From positions 20,462,001-20,526,000 of the forward strand of contig CM052817.1 in NCBI GenBank assembly GCA_028534125.1: a stretch of 64,000 bases of DNA. Reading direction: 5' to 3'. This DNA comes from Lama glama. Its lineage: Eukaryota. Shown here one piece after another: positions 12,921 to 26,344 of the stretch (its first letter is position 1; each line of letters opens with the position of its first letter). The position numbers and the translations under genes are program-made. Below the pieces are notes generated by a model. The model did no database searches, was not told where the DNA came from, and saw only the letters and a program-made list of their open reading frames with translations.

Positions 12921-13076
12921 CAAGACATGGCCCCCAAATCACAGCTCAGTGGACGGAGGCAGAGGTATGCCAAGTCTAAAGGCATAATAGGAGATGTATG
13001 CCGATTCCAAGAATGGGAGCTGAGGCACCTGCTCCTAAATCTGTAACATTCCTGAGAGTAAAGGTTTACAACCAGA

Positions 13077-13200
13077 GGCGGGAGGGTAGAGCTCAGTGGT
13101 AGTATGTGTGCTTAGAATGCACAAGGTCCTGGGTTCAATCCCCAGTACGTCCATTAAAAAATTAGTAAACCTAGTAACAGCACCCGCCCCCTGCAAAAAA
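13077..13200 (+). mobile_element. tRNA-derived SINE (camelid vic-1-like)
   Basis: A box (agctcagtggtag), B box (ggttcaatccc) and A-rich tail; TSD with perfect core tttacaaccaga at 13065-13076 and 13205-13216. Confidence 0.9.
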
Positions 13201-13579
13201 GAGATTTACAACCAGACAGCTTAAATAAATAAAACTGATTAAATAAGTCTACCATTGTAACATTCTCAGCTTTCTGGTATGTGTAATATATTTGGCTGTA
13301 GGGTAGGTGGTACTGTGGTTCTGACTGTCTTCAAGCCCTAAAATCTTTATATGTCAGTAACTATGAATCTGTCACTATTTGTTTTATTATTCTCCATATA
13401 TATCTTGAAAATTTTACCTAGCAAGATAACATCTCAAAATTACATTAAAATCAGCATCATTTTTTTCCCTTAGAAATTCAGGCAGGATTAATTGAATACT
13501 CTAGTCAACATAGGAATTCTTAAGTACATTTTGTACCAATGTTCACTGATAAATCAATAAACTTTCTTTTATTTTCTAG

Positions 13580-13606
13580 GACAACTTCAATATCCCAGTC
13601 AGTGAA
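13580..13606 (+). CDS. Candidate 27-nt microexon (DNFNIPVSE if phase 0; xTTSISQSVx in the other open frame); host gene unidentified
   Basis: Branch-like cactgat (13544-13550), AG-free stretch, pyrimidine tract ctttcttttattttctag, donor GAA|gtgagt, length divisible by 3. No homology evidence. Confidence 0.4.
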
Positions 13607-14479
13607 GTGAGTCATATTATAATTCACATTGATGAATTCTGTTAAGGTACATTTTTTAAAGTTTAGAGGGTAAAGTAAAACTCCATTCTGGTGTACTCCG
13701 TTGCTCCCGTTTCATCCCACCTTCCGTCAACTTCTTAAAGTATATACTGTCTCCATGTTTTCTAAACCCTATTCTCAGTGCCGTTTTCGTTGTTTTCCCC
13801 CCTCATGTAATGAAGGGAAAACATTATCCATCTAATTTATTTTGAGAGAATAACATTAAGGCTACTTACATTTTTTTTGTTATTATAATAGCTGTAGTGA
13901 ATAGTAGGTGAGCTGTTGAATTTAATTTTTCAACTAATTAAACATGCACATATTAAATTCTCTAACTGTCATAAATATAATCAGGCCTTTAATTAGAAAA
14001 TGAAGGAAATATAATTCTAAGTATTATGAAGATATATTGACCTTCTGGTGGTTAACACATCTAGGGAGATGGGGTAACTCAATCAGAGTGCTGTATTCTG
14101 GTTCTATCCTGAATGGAACTTTTGCAAATCTATGGTCCTGAGCATGTAGGAGAGACATTGGAAATAAAAGGGTGTACTCCTTAAGGAAGGTCACAGCGTC
14201 ATCTTCAAACCTAAAAAATACCAGCCCTTCTTATAAATAAGTAGTTGAACTATTGGATATTTCAATCTATGTTTTTAAATATAGAGAGAAATCTATAAAG
14301 AGAGAAATCATTAAAATACATTTTTTTTTCATTTGTTGCATATTTGTTTGTAACTCTAAAATTTTTAAAGAGGAGTCAGACAAAGGCATTAGCAAAAATT
14401 GAACTATTAATTTTGGAATGTTATTCACCGAGTGATGTTGTAAGAATTCCATCAATTTCTAGATCCCTCAAATAATGTC

Positions 14480-14700
14480 ATTTATTCGCTCAAGAAAATA
14501 CTGACCTTAGCAACACATCATGCTAAAGACAGGGACTGCAGGGCTGTGTGAGGCACAATCCCTGCCTTCAAGAAGTTTACTGTCTAGTGGAGGCAACAGA
14601 AGCACAACGGGAACACAGTAGGGTATGACTCACCCTGCACCCAGGCAGTGCAGACGAAGGGCCCGTGGGAGCTGTGAAGGCTGCTTCAAGGAAGTAATTT
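14480..14700 (-). mobile_element. L2 3' end
   Basis: tttattcgctcaagaaaatactga...aatccctgccttcaagaagtttactgtctagtgg. Confidence 0.6.
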
Positions 14701-17009
14701 CACCTTGCTCACAGGGTTGTGTTTTGTTGTTTGTCTTTTGTTTTTTTTTAAGAGCTGGGTAAATTTTTCTAAGTAATATACCTAGATTTATCTATGTCTG
14801 ACATAATTAGGAAATTTTGACCTCTTTTATATATTATTTTAAAATTTTGGATAAACAGATATACTTTATGGCCCAGTTTCTTTTTACTTATTTTTACACA
14901 TAATTAACATTTACTTGTATTTTATATAAGTAATGTTTATATATATATGTGGAAATTTGTTTATTTTTGAAATATCTATCCATCTATCTGTGAACAAAGG
15001 AAATATCATTGTAAACACACTTCAGAAACTTTTTTATCATACCTTTCCAAATATTTCTGTAGTGTTAATATCAGTCCAGATCCACAGTAAAAAATTCATT
15101 CATCATGTTACTCTCTGTTGTTGACTCACTTAAATGTGATTTTCTTTATTTTGCTCTTCAGTGAGTTGTCTTAAAATGAGGTGAAATGCAGCTTCAATTC
15201 TATTTCATTTGTTCTTTCTTCTCTAAAAAGCACTGTCGGTGAATTTTTCACCTTGCCCTGACCTAACACTGGTATTTCCTTTACCTACCTAATTTTCTCA
15301 CAAAGAAGCCCGTTTGTAATCTCTGCTGACTTTGGTTCACCACTCATTGCACTATTGCTTAATAGCTGGTAAAAAGACATATGGAAACAAATCAAGCAGA
15401 TTCTTTTCTCTTGTGAAAGATGGCTGAGGCTTGAAATACGGATATACACTTTATGTAATTTATTAACTAAATGTATTCTTTAGCTTTTGGAATAAGTTAC
15501 TAGCTCCTCACATTTAATTCCTAATGTAAAGATGTAAGAGTGGATTAGAGTCCATTTTCCCATAACTTTTTATTAAAGCAAATGTGTTAATTAAGACTCA
15601 TAAATCGAGCATCTGCTTTCCTATCTTATGTTTGATGTGATGGGAATGTAAAAACTAGTGTAAGACTCTATCCCTCTACTCAGTGAGTTTAGAGAGTAAA
15701 GCTTTTGAGACAGATTAACAAGCACACATTAAAAGGCATTATATTAATAAAAAAGAGAATAAAGCTAAATTGTAAGTTATATAATGAGACTGTAAACGTG
15801 TATGTTCATTTTTATGTGTGAGTGTGGATTATATATGTGTGTGCGTGCAAGTATAAAATAAAATTAAAAAATTAAAAGGGAATATACCCAGTATCTCATT
15901 GCAGATGGAACTTTAAGAAAAGGTACTTTTTGAAGCAATGCAAGTGGATTAATTCAATAAATTACCAAATGAATCTGTATATTACATAGGGACACCACTC
16001 CTGTGAGACTCCTGATCAGTTATTAACTTGCATTGTTTTGTAGATGAATCAGTTTTGTTCATCATATTATTAAAATATCATTTTGTCTTTATTTTTGGTA
16101 AAAATAGATCCAGTTAAATTTGACCAAATTGGCTTCAAATGTATTTTGAAATATACTGTGCACATTTAAAGAAATTCAGATGATGTCAGATTGTCTCTTG
16201 AGTTTTTGTATAACACTGCCAGTGGCGTATTTTGATTTAAGATGTATTTTCAGTTCTAAACTCCCTGAAGTACTTCTCTCCTGCAGTGATTGACTTTGTA
16301 GAGAAACATTTAAAGAGGAATTTAAATTTAAAAGATGCAATTTGAAACACATTTTCTTGTGTCAAGTTTTGCCACTGACCTTTTAAAACATGTAAGCAGG
16401 GACTTTCCTCTGTAATTATGTTGCTTCTTTTAAATTAAGTCTATATTGTAATTCTTTGCAAGATAAGGTTAAATTCTGAAATGAGACTCATTTCATTTTT
16501 CTTAGATTTTAGAAGTGGAAAGTGCCTATTTTTTACCGTAGGAATTCATAATCATTTTTGAAACAGTTTTCTATCTTTTCGTTTAGGCATCAGAAGACAA
16601 AAAAAAAAAAAATCTGTTCTCCAAAAAGTGATTGTATATTATACAAAAATGTATACCTGCCTTTCAAGATAAGTTTGGATTTCAATCAGGATTTCACTGT
16701 AAAGAGTTAGTAGAGAAAAAAGATACTGATGGGGGTGCACTTATTGCAAAGAACTGGGGAAAAGGACACTTTAGGAGTCTTTTTATGAAAGGCTTTTTGC
16801 TTCCGCTCACATATAGAAGAACCTCATCAGTCAGTTTCATCATGAGTTAGCACAGCATTCTATTTCTGCATCACTTTGCCAGAAATTCAGTGAACAAATC
16901 AGCAGAGTACAGATCAGTCACTTCAAGGCAAGTTATTGACAGTACTGACCATCGTTAAGTATTTGATTGTTTGCTTTGCAATCTCTGTTTGGAGGAATTT
17001 AGATAGAAG

Positions 17010-17190
17010 AAAATGGAATCTAGAAGCAAACACCTGGATCCGAATCCACGACTGATACTCACTTGCTATAGGATCTTGGGTATGTCATCTAACATCTTGA
17101 AGCCTCAGTTTTTTCATCTCCTTCTATCCTATGGGAGGTCGTGAGGGCTCAATGAAATATGGTTTCTGAGGCTATTACTCATAGTGCTTA
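17010..17190 (+). mobile_element. MIR SINE
   Basis: cacttgctataggatcttgggtatgtcatctaacatcttgaagcctcagttttttcatc...gtcgtgagggctcaatga. Confidence 0.65.
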
Positions 17191-17649
17191 AAAATTTTAC
17201 ATTCTTTCTATAGGTTTCAGTGTACTGATTTGTTAAATTATTTTAATATTTTAAAATTTATTTTTTAAGCCTAGTTTAATTACTAGCGTGTCCTAACACA
17301 AAAGATTCTGCGTTATACATTAAGCATTTGGATTTCAATTTTTCCTTTTGTGTGCATGTGCCTGTTCTATAAATTTCAGTAAGTAATTAGGTGTAGAAAA
17401 ATATTTAAATTATAAATAATAGGAAGGAAATGAAATATTAGGGGTTTGTGTAATTTGTTGAAGAACATGCTTTTTTTTCATCCTCATTGGCTTTTCTCTT
17501 CTGATACTCGTATTCATACCCTGGCGAAAGTAACTAGTCAGCAACTGCATTTTTCAGGACATTGCGGATTTTTGTTAAAGGACTTTTATTGTTTTGTTTT
17601 GTTTTGCTTTGCTTTTATACAGCGGCATGCATGCTATTTTGTTTTTGTT

Positions 17650-18201
17650 TAATTTTCTGCTGTCTCGTCTGCATGGCAAAGAGCGTCTAAAAGACTCTTA
17701 ATTAGTCTCCCTGCTTCTAACCCTGGCCCCTACAGCTGTCTATTTTTAAAACTGCAGGCAGAGTAATTCTTATAAAATATAATTCAAATTACTCCTCTGT
17801 TCAGAAGCCTCCAGTGACTCCCTAGCTCACTTCAAGTTAAGGCCAAAAGCATCAAGACCCTGCATGATCTGATTTCCTCACGTCTCCAAAGACATCTCTG
17901 ACCACATTCCTCTCACTCTGTTGGCTTTAGCCACACTGGCCTCTTCCCTGTTCAAAGCCAGGTCCACTTCTTGCTCAGAATCTTTAAATCTGCTCTGCCT
18001 TCCGGGGTATTTCCTCCAGTCCCCACATAGCTCAAGTTTTACCTCCTTCTGGTCGTTTTAGCAGTGAGGACTTCCTGACCACTCTATTTCAAATAGCACC
18101 TTCCTCTTAGATCCCAAACACTCCCCACTTTTCTTCCCTTCCCCTCAGTCCTGCTTGGGATATGTATGCATGCATGTAAGTATGTACGTATATATGTTTA
18201 T

Positions 18202-18234
<33 letters not shown>

Positions 18235-18380
18235 AATACTTACCTATATATTTGGCTTATTTCTTCCTCACTCATTAGAATGTAAGTTTCCTGAGTCTGG
18301 GAATTTGTGTGTGTGTATATGTGTGTTTCACTGCTGTATCCAAGCCAAGAGAAGGCACTCATTGGTATTTGTTGGGTCGA
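17650..18380 (+). mobile_element. L2 LINE 3' region containing a (TG)14 at 18204-18231
   Basis: ctcttaattagtctccctgcttcta...tttagccacactggcctctt...ttagaatgtaagtttcctgag; (TG)14 read directly. Confidence 0.7.
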
Positions 18381-21029
18381 ATAGGGAAATTATTTACTGT
18401 TTCTGAGTCTCCATATCTCCACTTTCCATATCAACTCAAAAGAAGGCTTTGGGATCTACAGAGTAAGCCTTTTTTTCATGAGACGGAGCTGGCTGTTGTT
18501 AACTCTGAAACACCAGATGATTTCTTTCTGCGATGAAAGCACAGCCATTTCCCTTTGAAGAGCACCCAACAATTCTAATGATCATAATTAACTCCATAAA
18601 TACATATGTGTAGCTAGATGACCATAGTAACCCTCAGACTTGCTTCACAGAACTGGAAAATCAGGACTTCTTTATCGATAAAGATTTAAGGAAGGATCTG
18701 TCTAATGCCTCTATTTCAGACACATCCAGTCTTCCTGGGAAAACTTGAGTTAGAATCTAGAACACGAGGTTCCCAAGGAAATGTTCTTTTCAATATATGC
18801 AACTTAGTGATCCCAGGAAACCAGCCCTGAAGGAACAACACGAGTAAACAAACATGATGAGACCTGGAAACCAAAGGATTATTGGCAGGAAAGATTACAA
18901 AATAGAGACCGACAGTGGGATTCATAATCTTTTCTCTTTCCCTTATACCTGTGGTTCTAAAACATAAATCTTGATTTCACTGTAATGATTCATATTCCTA
19001 GCCATTTCTGGTTTCCATCTCCTGACTGGGAAGGGAAGGATACTTTCCAGAGTAAATCCATTCCTGTTGTCACAGGATGAGACAACAGTGGCTGAGCTGT
19101 GGTCCACAGAATGCAGAACATTGATGAGCTTTTTTTTTTTTTTCTCTTAAGATGGTGTGTTCCTTGTTGTCTGTGAGGGTACAGAGCCATGGTTCAAAAT
19201 GGATGAGCTCTTTTAGTAATTTCCCATCATACAAAGACCTTCAACATAAACTGCATCTTCTAGGGAAGAAAAACAGTATCAACAGGCTAAAAAGATGTGA
19301 TGGGAACCTATTCCTGGCTTTCTGTGCTCCTCCCTTGAAATTAATAATTTAACTGGTTAGGCAGAGCACTGCTGCTTTTTCTAGATCATTTAGATATGCC
19401 CTGATTTAAATGTGTTACATGAAGACTCTAACTGTCTATGTATTTTTAAAGTATATCTATCTATCTATATATAGATATATATATAGTTTCCCATTCTCTT
19501 GGGATCTGATAATGTTTGGGTGGATTGTGTGATTAATTAAGTGCAGATGGCTTTGTGCTTGTACAAGAATTTTACATTGTTAGGGGGAAACTGAATAGAT
19601 AAAATTAAAAATAGACTCTGTTACCATTTTTCTAAGGACAAGTTGAATGATTCATCTTCAGATTGTCTATCCCTGTCATTAACTTGATGAGTGTGTTATG
19701 TTATGATAGTTTCTTGAATAATTAAGTTCAAGTTGGTTATGAAATCATTTGTTTGGTGAATTTTGCTCAGATAATTTTCAGCATGTAGAACTTTTCTCGA
19801 GGAGGCTATGGTGAATAAATTCCTGTAATCGGGCTTGACCGAAGAGCTCATCTATTTTTGAAAAGTAAATCGTCTAGAAAACTATTTTAAAGGTTTCTGG
19901 AAGGGATTGGCGATGAATATGGGTTAGTGGGGCCTCTTCCATCATCTTCCAAGAGCTTGGAGGAGATAGCTTCTCATAAACAAGTTCTGAATAAAGCCTG
20001 GATGAAGGCACACCCTTGCTGGATGAAGAGTAAATATGAAACATGTTCTGTCTTTTAAATGTTCTCCAAAAATGTGCTTAGCACCTTGAATTCTCATAAA
20101 ACCAGTTATCAGAATGATTAACAGCATAAAAAAGTTGTGCAAAAGAGTTCTAATAGATCAAGACTGAACATTTCAGATAACACTCTTGGACTTTTTTCAG
20201 TTAAAAATTGTAGGTAGATTGATGATAGGAAAATTGTTTTGCTATTTAAAAAAAGTCACAGAATATGGAAAAAAGATAGAAAATAATATGAACACTTTCA
20301 AAACAGGCCCAAGTAGCAAAAGAAATAAGCCCTAGAAAAGCTATAAATCCCTGGTTTATCTTTGTTTTCACCCTTTCGACTCAGGCACTTGAAAAAAAAA
20401 ATGAAAACAGTTCTTTTTGCCCTCTCTCAGAATATGTAAAAAGGGACATATCAATCCGACGGGGTAGTGTATTTGACTAGCATTTGCCTATGAAGCACCA
20501 TACGAGTAGCAACGTGTGAAAGATGATAAATCATATTCAAATGAATTTAAAAATAGTGACATTCTGATGAGAAACTGAGCATATTACTTGTGGGAAAAAA
20601 AAACTTAAGTTAAGTAAACAACATTAGCTTTTTAGTTTTTTAAGGAATAAAGAAGTTCTGAGAATATGTAGGTTATAGCCAATACACCAACACACCTTAT
20701 GTAAAAACGACTATTGGAATATAAAATCTACAGTTCATCTAGGAACAAATGGGGTTGGGGGAGTGACACATTTTAATGCAAATGTGAATGTTACTTGGCA
20801 TATTTGCAAAGACACAATAGACTACAGGGATTTACTGGAGATGACACATGGGGAAAATGCAAGATTTCTAAAAAGGACTTCAGTGAAGAAAACTCGGGAG
20901 ATTATTACTGAGTTCTGCAGGATATTTTAAGCATGGGTTCGCCTCACAACTGCATGATTTTCTATGCCTCATTTCAAAATGTTGGCCCCATGGCTTAACT
21001 TTTGATGTTATAGCATCATCACAATATAC

Positions 21030-21255
21030 ATTTCTTGAGCACTTAACATAAGCCAAGCATTTGTCCTAAGGTCTTATGAATTGTCACAGTGACTTTGTGA
21101 GATAGGGACTGTGAATTTAATCCATTTTACAGGTGAGGAAACTAAGGGTTCCAGAGGGTAAGTAACTTGCCTTGTGACCTTGTAGCTAGTAAAGGCAGCA
21201 CTGGATTCAAACTTCAGTCTGTCTGGTTCTAAAGGCCACGTCTTTACCACCGTGT
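21030..21255 (-). mobile_element. MIR SINE
   Basis: Antisense core ccattttacaggtgaggaaactaagg...aagtaacttgcc...ggattcaaacttcagtctgtctggttc. Confidence 0.8.
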
Positions 21256-24200
21256 CTACATTCCCTCTGCAGATACATTCTCAGCCAAGTACTGGTCCAA
21301 AATAAGAGTTTCATCCATTTCTTTGTGTTTGAAGGCTTCCAGAAGACTGATATCATGCAGAGGAGAGAGGTCGGCCCCTTTCAGATATCAGAGGAAAAGG
21401 GGATTGCTGTTCCCATGTGGGCTTAAGATATTTGGTGTGTCTCTAGCTTGGCACCATGTTCAGAAAATACAAATGTGGCTAAACTGGATCTGAGATAAAG
21501 CGAGTAACTGTGGCCTTCTCAAGGTCTCACTCAGATGCTGGGCAGAGATCTCTCGCCCTGTCTACTCAAGTTTTCCTACGCTTACCCTGGCCTGAAGTAG
21601 TTGTAAGGGAGCACTGTCTACTGCAAATGCACTTGTCTTCTTAAACAAAGAGATACCTTTGCTCCTGCATGGATTTCCTTCATAATCTCCAGTGACAAAT
21701 GGCCTATGTTTACGGAGGCCCAGGATTTCCCGTGCATTGGTGCTGTGTGCGTGAAGGAATTGCCAGCATTTGAAACTTTTAATTTAAACCCAGACCCATC
21801 CTTCTGCATACAATTGTATTGTGTCTAGGAATATTCAGTTGAGATGGCTTCTGCATACTGATGTAACCAGAATAGAAACAGTGGGAAGGATAAAATGTGT
21901 ATCCCAGAGGCACTGTTCTGAACCTTCTGAGCTATGTTCCCCGATGCTCAGTTTTTATTAACGGTTAAATTAAGAGTCAGATAAATTGAGTTAAGCCCCA
22001 TCACAGAGCAGCACAGTAACCAGCGATAGCAAAGGATCAGTATCTCAGATATTGGCTGATAACACAGAAAGTTCTTAAAGGGCAGGCCAGTAATCCGAGC
22101 GTTGCCTCCGTCTCCCAGCCATGATTAATTAAACTCCTTGGTAGTGAGGGCACAGAAGGACCCCACCCCAACCCCCAACTTAAGCAAATCTATTTTCAAA
22201 GTGCACCTGCTTTTACATTTATTTGCAGGAATCCTCTGTTGTTTAATTTCATTCTTACTCAGAATAATGAGTACATTTGAAGCCGTGCTTAATGGAGGGC
22301 TGGCTACTGGGACGGATTCACAGTGCAGGCCAGTGCATGCTAGGTTTGGAATGTCATACGCCACGTCCAGGAACATTTTCTCATTCTTGTGTTGCATTAA
22401 ACAGCCACAGCCTGGCCCAGACTATCAGTGGGCTTTGGAAAAGTTCAGGTGTTCTGTTTTCATCTTTTGTTTGTGTTTTTTTCCTGGCTGATAAATGGTC
22501 CTGTATGCCTTAAATAGCTGTTTTACATTCCTATGAGAATATCGTGTGCCTTTTAATGAATCCATCTTGGTTTACTTATATTGCGATTCCACCCCTCTTC
22601 ATATTAAAAGTTTATATTTTTCTGTTAGATGTTTCGAATAGGTAGCTTTTAAAGCATCGGTGCTCCTTGTGGTCACTGCACGAGGACTGTCCTTAGTTGA
22701 AGAATGCAACTGTGGGGGGTGTTGGTGAGCAAAGGACCATCTAGATGAAGTTTTAGGACCCTGGCATTACTCCTAGACCAGCTCCCAGTTTTCTAGAGAA
22801 CCCGTTTGACCCTAAGTCTTCCAGGGGTAACAAGCACTTAGAAATTATGTGAAGAATCCCTTCCCTTTTAAAAGTGACAGGATCCTTTTCACGCATTATC
22901 CTTCTCTTCATTTGTAGAGTTTCTCATTGTATATTTGAATTAGAAGAATAGAGAAAACTAAACAGCAAAGATAAAAGCCTTAGAGCTTGGATGTAGTAAC
23001 AGACAAGAGTACAGGCATTACTGGAAATAAAATGATATTCATATAGTGAAGGGTTCAGTTGTAGTGTGTGCTGTTTATAATAAATTAAGACATGGAGATC
23101 ATCCTGTGCAAGCTTTGGGGCACACTTTTATTTCCTAGATTTGATGACCTGGTTCACCAAACTTTCAGCTGATAAAGATATGGAGGCATGATCAGATACC
23201 CCGATTTATCTTTGTGTTGTTGTTGGTACCTTCTTATCCCTCTCACTCTGGTGCTCCTGTCCTTTGGTGTTTTTCATGGCCTGACATGCAGCTGTAATGG
23301 TTCTATTAGCTGCTGCAAATGTGCTGAGCTTGCTTTTTGAAGCGAGCCTGTCGTCACCGGCGCTTTTCTGCAGTTCCTTGTTAGTACGTGCCCTTTTCTG
23401 ACTGGGCACGAGCCATCACCTAGAATTAAACGTTTTCTGCTAGACCTGTCCTTACTGTGTGCAAAATGATTATAGTCCATTGTACCACCTCCTTGCTGAC
23501 AACCATACTGCTGAGATTACAAGAAAGTCCCTGCAAATTTAAACAGGATGTTTCCTGGGTGGATGGGAGGCTTTGATAACGAGAACTGTTTGACAAAATG
23601 CTTTTCAGAGACAGAATGTGAACGAGGCTTCCTTGCAATCCTATCATTGAAACGCCTGATTCTTATTAGATTGATAACATCAGGAGCTAGAACCTTGGTG
23701 TTTAGAGTAGTTGAAAATCTAACATCCTCGAATGATCCCAGAACAGGACAGGTTAACTCAGTACAGGTCTGAGAATGCTGTCTCTGCAGAATGGAAAACA
23801 CCCAGCCCACGAAGAGAATTTCCAGTTTCTCTAATTTTAGGGTTACCATTTACATCTCACTCCGAATGTGCTTTTTTCTTGTTTCGCTCAGCAAAAGCAG
23901 TTTCCTTTCATCCTTCAGCAAATTTGGAGTAAGGAACTCAGAATCTCAAGAGGCCAGTAAGTTTGGAGGATTTGAGAGAAGTATCAGTCATAGCAAAGGC
24001 AGAACCCCTCCTGACGGCTGTCGGTCTGATAGAATGTAAAGGAAATGCGGTTTCTTTTTTTCCCTTCCTTCATATTCTGGGAAATGTTTCTCATTAAGCC
24101 TTTCTTCATGATGACTTTAGAAGTCTTCATTATCTTTTGTTTAAGTCCTTGCCCACCAAGGGTAGCCTGTGTATGTTGTCCCTCCATTCCAAAGAGGGGA

Positions 24201-24399
24201 CAAAATGGCACTCCACGCTCTGAAATCAGATTTAAATTTCTCCTGAGAAACTTCAGATCTGTGGTGGTGGTATTTTGCTGAAAGGATCGTGAAGGCAATT
24301 TAAAGACTTTTTTTTTCCTAAAAAAAAAAACCGAATAACCAGAAATGCTGGACACCTTCTGCCTATGGATGGTCTACCTTGACTTTGTGATTAAGAGAG

Positions 24400-25070
24400 G
24401 AAGCTCCCCATATCTACCACAACCAGGTAGTAGAGGTACATGCAGAAAGTTACTGAGGGACACAGAAGTGAGGCACTGCTTGCCCCAGGGGAAGGATCTG
24501 CTCCAGAGAGGAAAGAGTATTTGATCATGACCTTGAGTAAAATTGTATTAGGCAGAGAAGGAACAAACACCACAAACACCGTTTCGGAGCATGGAAATGG
24601 GTGTGGGCTGTGAATGTTCTGTTGTGACTGGAGAAGTGGAAGCCTAGGGGGGAGCACTACTGCACAGGGAAAGACACTGAGTGGCGTGGAGCTATGTGAA
24701 TACCGTGAGGAGGTGATCTAATTGTATCCTGTAGGAAACGGGAAGTTATCCCTGGTTTATAAAGAGTAATGATCTGAGATTTGTATTGCAGGAAGATAAT
24801 TCTGGCACCAGATAGATTGGGAGGACTAGAGTCAGTGGCATAGAGACTGGAGTAGGGTCTAGGAGACAGGTGAGGAGGAACCTAGCAAAGCAAATGGCAG
24901 TGGTGAAGGAGGGACAGAGAGACATGCAAGTCATCTGTAAAGATGAATGGACGGAGCTTGATGAATGCATGTGGATGGGGTGCGTTCATGAGGGCAGGGA
25001 TGTAAAGGTTATTCCGTGTCTCCTATCTTGGACAATGGAGTAGATGGCGTTGCTGATAACTGAGATGAAG
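24400..25070 (-). mobile_element. L2 LINE fragment
   Basis: tgtatcctgtaggaaacgggaagttatc...gatctgagatttgtattgcaggaagataattctggca...ataactgagatgaaggg. Confidence 0.65.
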
Positions 25071-25913
25071 GGTACCCCCTAGGACACTAGGTCATGTCAC
25101 CAGTGCGTTTCCTTCACCCTCTACTGCTTCAGCCTTGTTGAATCATGTCTTGGTTTATGGACAAGGCATGTTAGCCACGTGATTCATTTTGCATTGTGGA
25201 CTTTGAGAGTCTATGGCATGAACCCCCAAATTATCAACAATACTGGGTTTTGGTGTAACATCATACCATTTCTCATTTGCACTTTACGGGATATTTTTAT
25301 AGAACTAAACTTTCATCTTGTTTCTTGTGTTTTGTTTTTCTTCTCAGCTGTCAATTCTCCTCCGTTAGTGTACTGCCCATGAACCTTTAGGAATCCTAAG
25401 CTAGATCAATGCCACATTAAAATTTAAGGAACTACTTCATCAAAACCACATGCTTCATTTCCTGAGAACTGTCAGCAAGCCAGGAAAAAGAAAACATGTC
25501 AGATCTGTATTGTTATTGGTGCCTCTCGCTTAACCACTGCTGTGCCCTTATGGTGGTCCTGAGTAGCTGCCTCTGTAAAAATTCAGAGATTGCTTGCGGC
25601 CACAACAAGGAAAGAGTCAAAACTTCATTAGGGAGTTTTGAGAAAGAGCTACAGTGGTTTAAGTGCTTAAGTCCTTGAATCATTATGAACATATCCAAAG
25701 ATATTAATATGTTTTTGTATGGCTATTTTTTCCCCTTTTTGAAAAAATTCTAGAAGGGCAGGGCAGACTAGGCCAAGCATTGACTGGCTTTTTAGATTAA
25801 TGTTTAATATGATGGGGTGGCTGCCAGAACCTGAGAGTCGGGAATATGCCTTGGGTAAGTGTAGAATTTTCCTGCAAATCTGGCTTCCGGTTTGTGTCTG
25901 GCTAGAAAAGCTA

Positions 25914-25995
25914 TTCTTTTCTTTCCTCTTCCATCCTTTCTTCTTTCCACCCACCCTCCCTCTCTCCTTCCATCCTTCTTTCCTTCCTTCCCTTC
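25914..25995. repeat. Pyrimidine-rich low-complexity tract
   Basis: Almost entirely C/T, with (CCTT)/(CCCT)-like units. Confidence 0.85.
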
Positions 25996-26135
25996 AAGCA
26001 TTATTGCTGAGTCCTTCTCAACACTCATGCCCCAAAGCAGGCTTCTCTCTTAGCTGACCACTCTTTACAGCCTCATGGCCAGTCTTAAGTTTGCCTGCAT
26101 TTGATAAACTCATTAAAGCCATGATGGCGCTGTAA

Positions 26136-26177
26136 TTTCCTCCTCCCTCCCTCCCTCCCTCCCTCCCTCCCTCCCTC

Positions 26178-26217
<40 letters not shown>

Positions 26218-26270
26218 TCCTTCCTTCCTTCCTTCCTTCCTTTCTTCCTTTCTTTCTTCCTTTCTTTCCT

Positions 26271-26326
<56 letters not shown>

Positions 26327-26344
26327 TTTTCTTTCTCTTTCTCT
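26136..26344. repeat. Compound (CCCT)n(CTTT)n(CCTT)n microsatellite, 209 nt of pure pyrimidine
   Basis: Read directly; no purine on the plus strand between 26136 and 26344. Confidence 0.97.

Noticed and set aside
13077..13160. tRNA-like sequences here and at 37510-37585 and 43610-43689
   Set aside because: A-rich tails, TSDs on two copies and mutual divergence show they are SINE copies, not tRNA genes.
23984..24355. 123-aa minus-strand ORF behind a polyT-TAG acceptor-like site, plus neighbouring ORFs at 23206-23849
   Set aside because: No recognisable protein, the frames do not link, no donor was found, and the acceptor is just a mononucleotide run.
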